This document shows, piece after piece, positions 37,988 to 52,688 of a stretch of 64,000 nt of DNA. Under the pieces are notes generated by a model. It searched no databases and was not told the origin of the DNA. It saw only the letters and a list, made by a program, of their open reading frames with translations. Source of the stretch: Octopus sinensis (taxonomy: Eukaryota); assembly GCF_006345805.1 (NCBI RefSeq), contig NC_042997.1, positions 50,220,001-50,284,000 on the forward strand, written 5' to 3'. Position numbers and translations under genes: made by a program. How positions within the stretch are numbered: the stretch's first letter is position 1; every line of letters begins with the position of its first letter.

Positions 37988-38343
37988 TTTATTCTTCTAT
38001 TAAGCATTCGGACAGTTAGCGTATATTGAGATATAGTAAAAGTCAATCGAGAAAGCACACAAGCATACTGAGGTCTTTCTCGTGTTATTTAGTAACAATT
38101 GTTTCTTCGTTAATTAGTAATAATTGAGGTTTGCAAGAAAAGTGCGTATATTACGACGTGAAGCAAAGTCTATTATAAAAGTAAACAAATTATATAGCAT
38201 GTCTTTGTACTTATGCACAATGCAGCATTAATCAGAAAAACAGAGAGAAGTTTAAATATTACAACGCTTTAGCAGTGGGGGGGGGGGATTTGTAATCACA
38301 TTCCTTGTCCGTGTTTCATGAGAATAAGAGAAACGTTCCTATT

Positions 38344-38700
38344 GGTGCAGGCGTGGCTGTGTGGTAAGAAGCTTGTTTCCCAACCACATGGATCCATGTT
38401 CAGTCCTACTGCGTGGCACCTTGGACAAGCGTCTTCTATTATAACCTCGGGCCGACCAATGCCTTGTAAGTGGATTTGCTAGACGGAAACTAAAAGAAGC
38501 CTGTCGTATATATATGTATATATGTATGTGTATCTTTGTCTACGTCCTTGTAACATAGCAGTTCGCCAAAAGTAACTGATAGGATAACTACTAGGCTTAA
38601 GAAATAAGTCCTGGGTCAATTTGTTCGACTAAAACCCTTCAAGGCCGTGCTCCAGCATGGCTGCAATCACATGACTGAAACAAGTAAAAGAATAAAAAAA
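38344..38700 (+). mobile_element. SINE family S2
   Basis: tRNA-like head plus the S2 tail ..ccagcatggctgcaatcacatgactgaaacaagtaaaag. Confidence 0.82.
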
Positions 38701-38896
38701 TATTGGTGCAGTGTGCATTTTGCACTCATTTTCCTGCATATTGGAAGCATAAACGTCATCTACTTCTATTCTTGCTATTTTCCAATAATCAGAATATTTC
38801 ACCTGAAATATAATAAGTCGGCCACTTTATAAAAAGGTACATTAATCATAATCTTCCTTATGGTCTGGCTAAGTCAACAAAATCTGATAAAATTTA

Positions 38897-39449
<553 letters not shown>

Positions 39450-39461
39450 TATATATATATA

Positions 39462-40950
39462 CAGCTTTGGCCAAAATTATGGAGCAGGTAGGAAAAAAAC
39501 AGAGAATATGATTGAAACTCATTTATTTGATAACTGGAAACAGTATAATAAACATTCCAGAGTCTCTACCATCAATACTTAGCATTTAATGTCTTCTCTT
39601 TTAGCTTTTATAACCGCTTTTATGCGTTTTGCGCACTTGAGACTATGTTGGCTCAAGTGGCTGGGCCAATTTTCTGCCACTCATTTTCTGTCACTATTCT
39701 TACGGGGAATAACGTATTGATAACTTATCAATCCTGAAGCTCAAGAGGCTCAGATCATTGCATTATCCAGTGATGGATAAATTGAAATACTCGAAAAAAG
39801 GTGTTCATCGAAAGCTACAATATGACCAATTCTTTCAAAACCTGTAACGGACGAGGTCACAATAAGTGTAATACATGAGGGGAGATATGTTGCTGAAGAG
39901 GACATCTCTAGTGGATAGGGAAATACCTCTTTTGATGTAGCTGCTGAGTTTCGGGAGGTAGCAAAACAAGTAAATATCAACTTGCACAGTGAGATGAAGG
40001 TTATTAGAAGCTGGGCTCTAGGATGTAAGGCCAGAAAGACGCCGTTGCTGTCTGAGGTGAACATGAAGAAGTGATTGTCTTGAGCAAAAGAGCATGAGGA
40101 TTGAACTGATGATGATTGGGTTAAAATTGTTTCGTCCGACGAAAGTAACTTTAATATAGGTTCTTTACATTCATTCCCACCACTTTACAAGGCATAATTG
40201 AAATTCTTACACTTGTGCAAATTTTTAAGAGGATACCAAAATGATCAGTAAATTTTTATTTTTTCCCCAGGTCTTTGGAACCTCTGGAGCTGTTTATGGT
40301 CTCCGTAGAGCTGGGGAAGTTTATCATCCTAGATGTTTGGCTGCAAGAATCAGATTCGGAGGAGGAAGCGTAACCATTTGGGGCTGCGTGTTTTCTTTAG
40401 GCCCAGGAATGTTGTTCAATTCTGAGGGCAGAATGAATTCTAACACATCTGCATGATAGATCAACTTTATCAACCTTCCTTACCCAAAATTTTCAATAAT
40501 AACCCCGCAGACGACATAATCTTTCAACAAGATAATGCTCAATGTCACACATCCAGTGTCTCAATGAGTTGGTTTAGAGAGAAAGGAATGAGGGTGATGA
40601 AATGGCGCCCACCCCCCACCAGTCTCCAGAACCTAATCCATTGAACATTTATGGTTACAATTAGGTACAAGAGCAGGAGTGCACAAATGTTCTTCAAAGA
40701 GCGAATTAGAAGCCAAAATGCATGAAGAGTGGCAGAAAGTTGACCCAGCCACTTGCGCCAACTTAGTCTCAAGTATGCAAAAATTTAGTAAAAGTTGTTA
40801 TAAAAGCAAAAAGAGGATACATCAACTCCAAATTATTGATGGGATGGACTCTAGAATGCTTGTTATACTATTTTCAATTATTAAGTATATAATTTTCAAT
40901 CATTTTCTCTCTTTTTTATCATACCTGCTCCATAATTTTGGCCAAGCCTG
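39462..40950 (+). mobile_element. Decayed Tc1-like (DD34E) transposon with TIRs of about 100 bp and TA TSD
   Basis: cagctttggccaaaattatggagcaggta ... tacctgctccataattttggccaagcctg; motifs ARKTPLLS, VSSDESNF, FGGGSVTIWG, FQQDNAQCH. Confidence 0.9.
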
Positions 40951-41762
40951 TATGTATACGCCTCTGCGTGTGAGTGTGTGTACAGCGAGCGTGTTCGCGC
41001 ACATGTGTAACTAAAAAAAATCAAATATGTTTTTGCTTCATCTTACATCTAAGCAAACACGTTACTAACGCATACAGGAATGCAATTATGTATCATCAAT
41101 TTTTTATGGATAATCTTATGGCGCTGATGACATCATTTTGCTAGCTTTATTATATATTTACTTTTTTCATATCCACTATCTCTATTAATATTTTAGAAGC
41201 AGTTGTCCTGATATTAAAACCTTCGAATTTTATTCCAAAATTGAAATAGTTATCAAAACTTTCTAAAAACGCATATATTCCATCTAGATTCCGATCAATA
41301 GTAGTAATAGATATCTCCAATTTTTACTTTATATTTATTTACATTGAAAAGTTACATTGTTAAAACATGTTCTGTCTATGCAAAATGATGTCAACATGAC
41401 ATTATCAATCTAGTTACCAAACGTGGCTTCAAAAGAACTTGAGTTGTTCGTTTCCTAATTTTAGCGAACATTTAATTATACTTATGTTGCAGGTGTTGTT
41501 GAAAAAGAAAGGAGAAATATCTACATGAAAGGAATTAGCTTACAAATTAATAAATCAAGTGGTTTTTGATAGAAATATAAAATAATTTTTGTTTTATTCG
41601 TTTGTGCTCCTTCTCAGAATAATGACTGATGTAAATAATATGATACAGTTTCAGTATCTCATTTTCACTTCAAGTGAACCACAGAGTTCTTGAAATTGCA
41701 TTCTGTAAAGCAAAACCATAAACAACCGGTTTGCGAAAAGAACAATAAGCAAAAATAAATAT

Positions 41763-42167
41763 GGGTGGCTGTGTGGTAAGTAGCTTGCTTACCAACCACA
41801 TGGTTCTGGATTCAGACCCACTGCGTAGAATCTTGGGTAAGTGTCTTCTACTATAGCCTCGGGCCGACCAAAGACTTCTGAGTGGATTTGGTGGACGGAA
41901 CTGAAAGAAGCCCGTCGTATATATGTATATGTATATATATGTATGTGTTTGTATATGTTTGTGTGGCTGTGTTTGTCCACCCCAACATCGTTTGACAACC
42001 GATGGTGGTGTGTTTACGTCCCCGTAACTTAGCAGTTCGGCAAAGAAACCGATAGAATAAGTACTGGGCTTACAAAGAATAAGTCCTGGAGTCGATTTGC
42101 TCGACTAAAGACGGTGCTCCAGCATGGCCACAGTCAAATGACTGAAACAAGTAAATGAGTAAAAGAG

Positions 42168-42168
<1 letters not shown>
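41763..42168 (+). mobile_element. SINE family S2
   Basis: Head and tail match the other S2 copies. Confidence 0.85.
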
Positions 42169-42228
<60 letters not shown>

Positions 42229-42421
42229 AAGTCGAAGGTATGAAGCAGGTAAAATTCCGACCACATATGTTTCCTAGCTCGCAGAATCTTGGAAGTAATA
42301 ATTACTCAATGAGGGTTATTCCACTAGCTACTCATTATTCTGGAGATACCTTAGTTAAATGAAGGTTACGTTGCCGTCAAGAGATCTCGAGTTAACACGC
42401 CGGAGTGAAAAACAAGCATAT

Positions 42422-42456
<35 letters not shown>

Positions 42457-42497
42457 TTAGTGAAGGGAAGAAATGGAGCAGAATAATTCCTTTTATT

Positions 42498-42582
42498 ATC
42501 TTCTACACATGTTTCAAAGGCCGCAAATTTCCAAATTCGGATTGAATAAGGAGACCATTTGCAGCATTCTCTTCAGGAAAAT
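42498..42582 (-). ncRNA. Type I hammerhead ribozyme motif with an extended stem II
   Basis: attttc CTGAAGA gaat gctgcaaat [28-nt loop] atttgcggc cttt GAAA c atgt g TA gaagat: 6-bp stem I, 9-bp stem II core, GUA triplet; closing pair is G-U rather than G10.1-C11.1. Confidence 0.7.
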
Positions 42583-43719
42583 CCAGGAATTTAAAAATCC
42601 AAAACTAATGCGCAGCAAGGTAGAACAAAGCGCTCCCTAGGAGCCCATGAAAGCACAAAACTGTCTCTCACTGTACGTTGACGTCTGGGGGCTGGTGGTG
42701 GAGGCCGACGAAAATGTCCGTTGGAATCAATCGGGTTCAGACAGCGGTCAATCCTGGTAGTGGGAGAAATACCGAAAACCAAATGGTGTGAATATATTCT
42801 GTGTAATTAATGTTCAGATTGTTTTAAGAATTAAGGCTATCTTATATAGGTGTGGGACCCTGCCTACATGTATGTGTGTGCACGCCTGTGTAAGTGTGGG
42901 AGTCTGTCAAGCAGCGGGTAGAGGGAAAGAGAACTGCTGATTTTGTTGGTCGTGTCTGTGTGTCTGTCTGTGGTCAGTTTGTAAAGAGATAACTTGTCAA
43001 ATCAAAGGGAACATAATTCTTGATCTCGCTTCTAAAAAAGTAGCGGACCAAACGCTAAAAGGGGAGTAATGTCCCCTATTTATATTATTATATGATTGAA
43101 CACCACGCATCCTCTTCCAAGTAAGTTTTATCCTAATAATTTTGATGCGCACTCTATACGATCTTTTTACTCTTTCGATCTTCTCTCTCTTATTATTTTA
43201 CCTCCTCTTCTCCCACTATTATGTCCAATTATTCTGTCACTCTCTCTCCCTCATTCTACCTTCCTTGCCTACGTGGCTCCCGCGTGACCATCGGCCATGT
43301 TTCTTTCCTCATCTAACCTGTGTTTCTTTCTTCTCACTGTGGTAGCTGGAACAAGGATGACGTGTTCTTGTCTGTCTCCTGTCCAAGCTTGATTTACGCA
43401 TTGCCGCCACAACCTCGTTTAAGCTTAGCAGCCCTTCCTGCTTGTTTCACTTACCCGTTTGAGTTACCAATTTTGATCCTCAGCAGAATCCCAAATTTTA
43501 TTTAATTTGCTTTGCGGGAGCAACTGTTTTATCGAAAGCGTATATTGTTGTGAAATGCTCAAAATACGAGACTAGAAAAGCAGCCATGAACTGATGATGG
43601 TTCGTTCTTTATGTTGTTTTTTTTTCCATTTGTATCTTTCGTTGTTCGATAAAATAGTTCGTACTCCATGTACCCGTACTTCGTACTTTTTTGTTGTAAA
43701 CGTTTCATGAGACCCTGTG

Positions 43720-43741
43720 CCCACATATGCATATGTATATG

Positions 43742-43793
<52 letters not shown>

Positions 43794-44089
43794 ATATACG
43801 TATAGATGTATGTACATATACGTATGTATATATGCATATATGTATATATTATTTATATTATGATATATATATAGATACATATATGCAGATTAATATGTAT
43901 ATATATGATTGAAAATTTCAGGAAGAAACGAAAAATGTAGATAACTCAGCAATCTTAACTGGTAAAACAGGTAAACACAAAGTTTTATAAGTAACATGAG
44001 AACACTTCCACGTGGGCTCCATTGGGTGCACGTGCACAGCACGTCTGGGCGATGCTGAATTTCTATTGTAATGATAATTTATGAACACC

Positions 44090-44125
<36 letters not shown>

Positions 44126-44665
44126 ATATATATATGTGTGTGTGTGTATGTATTTGTGCGTGCGTATATATATATACATACACACATACATACACACAAA
44201 TATACACGTATATACATACATATATTTATATGCATATATACATCTATATACACACATATGTATATACATATATATATATATATACATATAGATATGTATA
44301 CATATATGCACACATGCACACATTCGCACACACCCTCATACACAAATGTATTTATATACATACCCATACATGTATACAAACCTACATATATACACATAGA
44401 AAATACATTACATTCAAATATACACATGATACACTAATGTAGTATATAATATGTGTACATACATACATGCGTACACACATACATTCCTACATACATACAT
44501 AAATACATACATATATTTATGTATACATACATACATAATACATACTTACATACATACATACATACATACATACTTACGTACATACATACATACATACATA
44601 TATACATATATTTATGTATACGTACATACATACATACATATATATACATACATACATACATACAA
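43720..44665. repeat. Compound (TA)/(TG)/(TACA) microsatellite region
   Basis: Seen directly, with a short unique island at about 43910-44090. Confidence 0.9.
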
Positions 44666-45803
44666 GGAATTGCGTGTGATTATTAGAAATGCAAATTAGC
44701 ACAATCGAGTAAAAACGCAAGCATTTAAAATCTTCGGAACATCTGTTTCAAAAATTTGAGACTTAATTTTATATACATTGTAACAGCTGTCAACATCTGC
44801 AAACTTATTTCCTCTATGCTACTTTTTAATTTATTAGATTGTCTTCATTAAATTCTTAAAACATACATATCCTATTATTTGTTTTTGAAGTTACCGAATA
44901 CAATGTTCAAATTACTGAAGAAGGAATAACAGTTATAATGAGTACCAAAAGAAGCAGCTGTTTGAAAGTCTTCTCTGCAATATGGACTCTTCAGAAGTGT
45001 TATTCCTGACAAAAGAACTGGGAATTCCATTAACGAAACCAAAAACCAGTACAAGTGGTGAGAAATTTTACCCCTTAAAAATAAGAACACTTCTACTGAA
45101 GGCTTTTACGTTGTTTCCGTTTAACAAATTCAGCTTACAAAGCATTCGTTTACTCGAGTCTACGTTTGAGGACGCCTACCCATGGTGTTGTATTGTAGGA
45201 TTAAAACTCCAAACCATGTTGTTAAGAAAAAATTGATGTTACTAATCAGAAAACTATAATTCGGTGTGGATTAGAAATTTAAAGATAAGTTACTGGACTG
45301 AAATTTGGGAAATTCCAGTGAAAAACCATACAAAATAACGTCCTTCTCAGTTAAAACATCGTAGAGTGAGAAGCAAATAAGACTTATCATACTGGGGAAC
45401 TGATTAATTTAGACCAATCAAAATCATTCCAAAGCTGACCATCACCAATAGAAATTTAATCTTCACTTTTGCAGTGTTCGGTTTGTTTGCCAACATTGAA
45501 AAATAAGCTATTACAATCTTTCTCGCCTTTTATTCACTTTCTCGATAACCAGATAACTCAATATACATAAATTTCTTCGTTACCACTTACAGTCTATCAA
45601 TTTTCACCGTTTTCTCCCTCTGCAGTTGGTGAAAATTCACTTCCGTGAGTGATACGTTTCATGCGCTATGTGTTCAGGACGTGCCCGAAGGTTCTCATTA
45701 TCAGGTAAATATGATAACTCAGACCCAAAATCATTATGGCAATAAAGAAAGCTACTTTTGAAAATACAATTATCTCCTAGGTTTTTTCATGCTAAGGTAT
45801 ATT

Positions 45804-46189
45804 GTGGAAGCACTCCGTCGGTTTCGACGACGAGGGTTCCGGTTGATCCGAATCAACGGAACAGCCTGCTCGTGAAATTAACGTGTAAATGGCTGAGCAC
45901 TCCACAGACACGTGTACCCTTAACGTAGTTCTCGGGGATATTCAGCGTGACACAGAGAGTGACAAGGCCGGCCCTTTGAAGTACAGGTACAACAGAAACA
46001 GGAAGTAAAAGTGAGAGAAAGTTGTGGTGAAAGAGTACAGCAGGGATCACCACCATCCCCTGCCGGAGCCTCGTGGAGCTTTTAGGTGTTTTCGCTCAAT
46101 AAACACTCACAACGCCAGGTCTGGGAATCGAAACCGCGATCCTATGACCGCGAGTCCGCTGCCCTAACCACTGGGCCATTGCGCCTCCA
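45804..46189 (-). mobile_element. tRNA-derived SINE (S3-related head, distinct body)
   Basis: A box TGGCCCAGTGG, B box GGTTTCGATTCC; imperfect TSD ctaag(g/a)tatatt. Confidence 0.82.
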
Positions 46190-46934
46190 CTAAGATATAT
46201 TACTACATTATTCAAAGAATGATGTTTTTCTTTTACTATCCTTATCTAACATACGGAATCTCCCCTAAAATCAGACATCAAGCATCTTGACAGAATACTC
46301 GATCCAGAGACTTACGACGCAAGCCGGAATATCTTAAAATGGCGATATCATCTCCGTATGCCGACACAACTATCTTGCGCCCTAGATTGAAGAAATCGAA
46401 GAACCCGAAGTTGAAAGAAGTAAAAAGAGGCTAATAGATAAATGCAGATCGACATGTGCGGAGTTTGTGAGTCGTTTATTGTTAATATTGGTGTTATATT
46501 TTAGGGGAAGAGACCGGTTAGCTGCCTCATCTAAGGTGGCACATATCCAATGGCTCAATAGCAGCTTGGCTATCTGCTTCTGCTGTCACTGCAGTCGCTA
46601 TTGCTGTAGTTGCTGCTGCCATTGCCGTTGTGGCTATGGTGTCAACTGCCATCCAGTTCCATGTTCTCATGGACTCAGTTACAAATAATGTCCAGTATAC
46701 ACTTCGGTTTTCGCGATTGATTCCACAATAAAATAACGGTGGACAAAATGTAGCTCTCAAAGCCACGATATGTAGTTATCAAGCTAATATTGGATTGCAG
46801 TGCTAGTTTTCTCTTTTTAAACAACTTTAACATCCTACTAGCCAGGTTTTTTAAAATCCATTAACTACTAAAATGAAGACTCAATAAAAGTCTCCAATAA
46901 GCAGAGATTACAATCAATATACTTTACCGAGTAA

Positions 46935-47135
46935 GGTGGCGAGCTGGCAGAATCGTTAGGACGCCGGGCGAAATGCTTAGCGGTATTTCGTCTGCCGTTA
47001 CGTTCTGAGTTCAAATTCCGCTGAGGTCGACTTTGCCTTTTATCCTTTCGGGGTCGATAAATTAAGTACTGGGGTTGATCTAATCGACTTGCCCCCTCCC
47101 TCAAAATTTCGGACCTTGTGCCTAGAGTAGAAAAG
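46935..47135 (+). mobile_element. SINE family S1 with 19-bp TSD
   Basis: TSD aatatactttaccgagtaa at 46916-46934 and 47136-47154. Confidence 0.9.
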
Positions 47136-48104
47136 AATATACTTTACCGAGTAAAATTGCGCAGAGGTATGTTATTATTTAAAAAACATATGTCGAGATT
47201 TTTACTCTCTTATCATACAACTTGGTGAAACCCTGCAATAAATTAACCTGGATAAAATACAATAAGCTAACCAGTAATACTTCAATTTAGATGAATTTAT
47301 TAATAAGGATGTCATTTATTTTAATAAATAATTATTTCCAACTTAGGCACAAGCCCCCATATTGCCTCGGAAGGATATCATTTTCATTATCTGAGCATAA
47401 TTATAAAATAACGTAACTAAGGCAGATTTCTAACATCGCCACATGGTCATACATCTTTGTAGAGATTACAGTTGAATATAATGACCGGCTTATTTGACTG
47501 GTAGTTACTTTACCACTCTAAGAAGAATAAAAAGGCAAAGTCATCTCCGAAAGAATTCAAGAACATAAAGAAACAAAACTAAATAATAGAAGACATTATT
47601 GTTTCTGTTATTCATTACCTTATTTCTATTATAAGAGGTTTAATCCCAAATTTGTATTTTAATCTGAGAATCCACAAATTTGCTTTTCTTTAATCTCCAA
47701 ATAAATACATAAATATCAGATAAATTCTTACTGAATATTTTATTTATTTCATCAATCTTTTCTTATTCCTCCAAATAAGTGAATAAATAGCAATTAAAAG
47801 AATAATTTTTTTTTCTGACAAATTAATTCTTATAATTCAAGTTTTTATTGTTTTGAAAAACTAACTTTTACAAATCATTTGAAAGAATATGAAACCCAAT
47901 TACCATATTTTAGTCTAATTGTGTAATCTCTTTTACATTTCTTCTTTATATTTTCAGTTTCTTTCAAATGTTTTCTCACTTAGACAACATTATTGTATGC
48001 TATCAGTAACTTTAAGTATAATTTTCTATTTGCTTTCAAGATCTAAGTTATTATTTCCTTTGCTGTTTGTTTTCATAAAACATTCAAATATAAAGCACAA
48101 CAAA

Positions 48105-48137
<33 letters not shown>

Positions 48138-48186
48138 CCATACAGAGGGAGAGAGAGAGGAGAGACAGACAAACGGAGAGAATATC

Positions 48187-48415
48187 TGTTTCTTTATTAC
48201 CCACAAGGGGCTAAACACAGAGACAAACAAGAACAGACAAACGGATTACGTCGATTAGATCGACCCAGTGCGTAACTGGTACTTAATTTATCGACCCCGA
48301 AAGGATGAAAGGCAAAGTCAACCTCGGCGGAATTTGAACTCAGAACGTAACGGCAGACGAAATACGGCTACGCATTTCGCCCGGCGTGCAAACGTTTCTG
48401 CCAGTTCGCCGCCCT
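48187..48415 (-). mobile_element. SINE family S1 with 18-bp TSD
   Basis: TSD acaaacggagagaatatc at 48169-48186 and 48416-48433. Confidence 0.9.
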
Positions 48416-48559
48416 ACAAACGGAGAGAATATCATGAACCAAATGACTAACTGTAAGTTCTATTTAGTAGTGAATGTTGCAAACATGAATAGAAACATAG
48501 CAAAACGTATTTATTAACACTGACTGAAAAACGATGAAAATATTCTAATATATAAAAAA

Positions 48560-50400
48560 TGATTTGAGAACTGTAAGTTGTAATGATGAATGTATTACAA
48601 AAATAAATAAAATCGTTGCTGATGACAACATATTCATCAAAATTAAGAAAATCAACCCTGCTCAACTAAAAATTAAACTGATTAGACTGAATAAACTGAA
48701 TAACTTGATTAATGCCACAAACTTCCAAATAGATTCTTTTTCTAACACATAGAAAGAGAACTAACCCTTGCATTCACTTATAACACTATTAAAACGCACA
48801 GATCTTATCTGCCGCCTAAAATCTCTCAAATCAATGCAACCACTTGTAGAATTGCCGAAAAAGAAAAGCAGATACCATTATAAAGAAGTACGTACTATAC
48901 AAATGCAGAATACAATCATCAAATAAATTCCTAGAAATTCTACTAGCAACTGAGCGCTGATTACATTTCCATGGTGGATGTACGAAATTCTTTTCACCAT
49001 CGTCCCAGTAAAGGAAACTATAAACTTAACCCTGGATAATGTGTGCACACACCACATCATAAAACCACCTGTCGTAACCAGAAACACGCAAAAGTTACTG
49101 TTGCTTGCACATCTTAAGTGCTTTTCTGTAGCTCACAAGTTTGTCTTCCAGATACCAATTATTCATTTCATGATAAAATAAAAAGGTTTAGGTATTGATT
49201 AATGAATGTTTACAAGTTGATTGCTATATTTACTGGCAATATTTTACGTAATTTTTTTTACGTTCTTAGTTCAAATCCTGCCGAAGTCGACTTTGCCTGT
49301 CATCCTTTTAGGGCCGATAAAATAACTATCTGTTCAGCAACTGGGATCGATGCAATAGATTTACCACTCCCCACCGAACTTGCTGGCGTTGTGTCAAAGT
49401 TTGAAGTCAATATTTTACATATGTTTACAATTCCTAATTGTCACCCTTTACTTTCATCAAACTATTGGATTTTTTCTCAACTGAAGTACATACTTTATTA
49501 TGTTAATGGATAAATAAATATGCTGCGCCCGGTATAACATTTGGAAAACGGTTCTGAGTTCCTCACTTGGACTTAGAGTCGAAACATCTGCATCATCGAC
49601 GTTGAAAACAAAGCCGTTCCTAAACAAAACTACACAACTTTCATCAAATATATATTGATGAAGTATTCATAGTAACAGATACAGAAAGATAAGACTTATA
49701 GATTTGCTGACCACAATATTCTTGGATATAAATGTAGTAAATAAGGAACAATATCTACGGTACCTTATTTTACACTAAAAGAACACAAATATACGCTTAT
49801 ATGTGCACAGTGATAGTCAGTGTCCCTCGAGATATAAAATATGTATTGACAAATCCCTTTCAAGCGAGTTTTTCATTGTTCATTCCCTAAAGAAGCCGTA
49901 AACAAGAACATCTTTGAAGAAAAGCACGTAAGCTAACAATGGTAACCCAAACAATTTAATGGACAAGGCCATAGAACAATACAAGAACAAATTCATCCAC
50001 ACTGATATGACATATACAGGGTTCACTAAAAATACATAAACCACACATATCGTATACTACAAGAGTCAGATGCATTATTTTTATAAGATGGTTGAACGTC
50101 ATAAAAAATGCAAAGATCTCATAAAACAGATCATATGTATCACGCCTAAACAGAGACCATTGAATATATCACTATTACATCACATTGAAGATTATTCTCA
50201 TCAGTACGATACTATTAACTAGCGAGCCACACATCGCAATTCGGACAAGGAACATTAGAGATGCAATGCCTCAAGTTGTTACGTCGGATACCGGATGCAC
50301 AATTATGACATTTGCTATCTATCTGGCGTTTACAAGGAAACATCACGACTCATTATAACGCAGTACACGGAATGAAATTAATCTGTGAAACAGAACTTTG
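48560..50400 (+). mobile_element. Highly decayed Penelope-like RT remnant, interrupted by an S1 SINE fragment (about 49255-49395)
   Basis: DVRN/LFTIVPVKETINLTLDNV resembles the PLE RT motif (DVxSLFTNVPVxETI); YIDEVFIV near 49650 resembles the YVDD motif. Boundaries are approximate. Confidence 0.6.
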
Positions 50401-52358
50401 TAATAAACAAGCAAGTGACTCTCTGTGACGTCTCAGTATGACGGAATGACCAACTCCTTTCTGTTTTTCGAGCTTGCCCCTAAGTCAACGTGCGAACGTC
50501 CAAGCTAGTTTTCAACCGTTTCAAATCTCCTTACGAAGTTTATATAAAAAAAGCTCGCTTCGACATATCGTCTTGACTTACTCCAGGCAGAGAACAGCAA
50601 AATTGACCTTAAAAAGAAAAAAAAAATAATAATCTAAACAAATTTTATATCGGTCTCTCTATTTATCAAGGCTCTTCAAGCACTATGCTGAGAAAGTGAC
50701 AGTCCATTCATGCGCACCTTGTTCCAGAAAAGACAACGTAAATTTGAGAAATAAACCTAAGTTTAGGAAGGAAAATAGACTCTACTGTAACACTGGTCGA
50801 ATCTAGAATGATTTCAATGATTAAAACTTGTCAGAATCCTGCTACAACCCCAGGCACATATTCAGGAGGTTAATTTGGGCGGCGTGGGGTGAGTGTTAAG
50901 CAGCCTGCCTCAGTACGTCGGTAGTATTCCTTTCCACTTGAGTAGACCGTAATAAAATGAAATGAAGTGCATTTCTCAAGAATGGAACCAAAGATCTTAA
51001 AAAGTAAGCCGAGCACTCCTAACTACTTAGTCACGCACATTCGTACTACGATGATGTAATATTTTTAGCAATACAATATCATTATATAAAAATAAACTAT
51101 AATGAATAATTTAGTTAAATTAAAACATGGTTAAACCAACAAAAGCATTTATAGGGTGTTTTATCACGAACTTCAACTAAAAACAACGACAGATTTTTAT
51201 CCGGCTATAGCTAGGAATAATGTCATTTCTATTTCTAGATCCATTTACAAATTAAATACAACATAAATGCAATTACCAAAAACACATAAGAAATCAAAAT
51301 TTTTATGTTTTCCCCCTTAACGTATTCATTCATGCTATACACTTTTGAAATGGCTTCTCTCCCGGAATTATTTGCAACATCTGACATTGTGGGTAAACTG
51401 ATTTTACTCATTCCTACGGAAATGCACCGAGAATATGAAATGATATAATAATATATAAAGACAGAATTGCCCAAGATCTTAATGTCAGCACGCGAAAGAG
51501 AAATAACATTCTTAATTTTAAATAATATCTGATCTTTATAGGAGGAGTAATTTAATGGATTTTATAGCCGGAGAAAAAGATTTTTATGGAAATGTCTGTG
51601 TCAAATGATGATATGCAAAAGTGTATAGATCAGGAAGTCGTATCCAGCTACAGGCGAAGCGCTTGACATTTAAGTAGGATATTAAGTTACCACTCCTTAG
51701 TTTATCGCATAAGGTAACTGAATTTATGCAAGTGATTGGAGTTTCACACATATATTCCACTGTAACCAAAGTAAATTAGCGGCGGCCTTGAAACCTATGT
51801 CCTGTTATTATCAATATTGTATTTGTATTTGCGTAACATTGTCCGTTTTTTCCGTCCTTGTTTTTGTATACATTCGCTGCTTTCTTCCAAAGAATCTAAT
51901 GCTCTAAGCTTAGTTTTTCCTTCGGGATGACCAGATTGGAGCAATCTCAAGTATAATCAACCAAAATTGCGAGGATAAGCTGGTGCTTGACCGAGGAAAG
52001 AAAACTTCGAATGACCCCGTCCTTGTTTTCTTTGTATCGTCTATCTGGCAGAATCGTTAGCACGGCGTGCAAAATACCTAGAGGTATTTCGTCCATCTTT
52101 ACACTCGGAGTTCAAATGCCACCGGGGTCAATATATATATATATATATATAGGTCAATATATATATTATATATATATATAATATATATATATAGTGACGT
52201 ATTTTTGCCATTTCAATATGGCTAACCCCTAAGGGTGGATGCTACTGTAGTTTTTAGCCCCAGGAGGACACACTCCTCCAGCTGGCCATAGACACACTAT
52301 CTGTGTCCTGTCAGTATTTGCAAAGGGAAGTCATCCTTCCCGTCTTCAACTTATGATA

Positions 52359-52403
52359 CACACGGACTCGAGTTTCGAGGTATTGACCTCTCGTCAGCGT
52401 GTG
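52359..52403 (-). ncRNA. Canonical type I hammerhead ribozyme
   Basis: cacacg CTGACGA gaggt caat acctc GAAA ctcgag TC cgtgtg: intact core, 6-bp stem I, 5-bp stem II, palindromic ACTCGAGT stem III, GUC triplet. Confidence 0.92.
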
Positions 52404-52643
52404 ACAATCATAGTTGTCGCCGAGAATTAGATTTCCTTCACAAATACTTATACTTTTTCCAGCGTCCACTGTCGCTGATATTGAAAAAGTGAAATCAAAC
52501 AATGATAAATATCAAAGTGAGTTATATACAGTAGCGGTAACACATCGTGACGTATTTTTGCCATTTCAATATGGCTAACCCCTAAGGGTGGATGCTACTG
52601 TAGTTTTTAGCCCCAGGAGGACACACTCCTCCAGCTTGATTGT

Positions 52644-52688
52644 CACACGCTGACGAGAGGTCAATACCTCGAAACTCGAGTCCGTGTG
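52644..52688 (+). ncRNA. Canonical type I hammerhead ribozyme (inverted copy)
   Basis: Same sequence as 52359-52403 on the opposite strand; predicted cleavage after C52682. Confidence 0.92.

Noticed and set aside
43590-43640. CTGATGA hammerhead box
   Set aside because: No downstream stem II plus GAAA and no stem I pairing.
46467-46766. Ala/Thr/Val-rich ORFs on both strands as a host exon
   Set aside because: Best explained as a decayed GCW/GYT trinucleotide tract; no recognisable domain or convincing splice-site pair.
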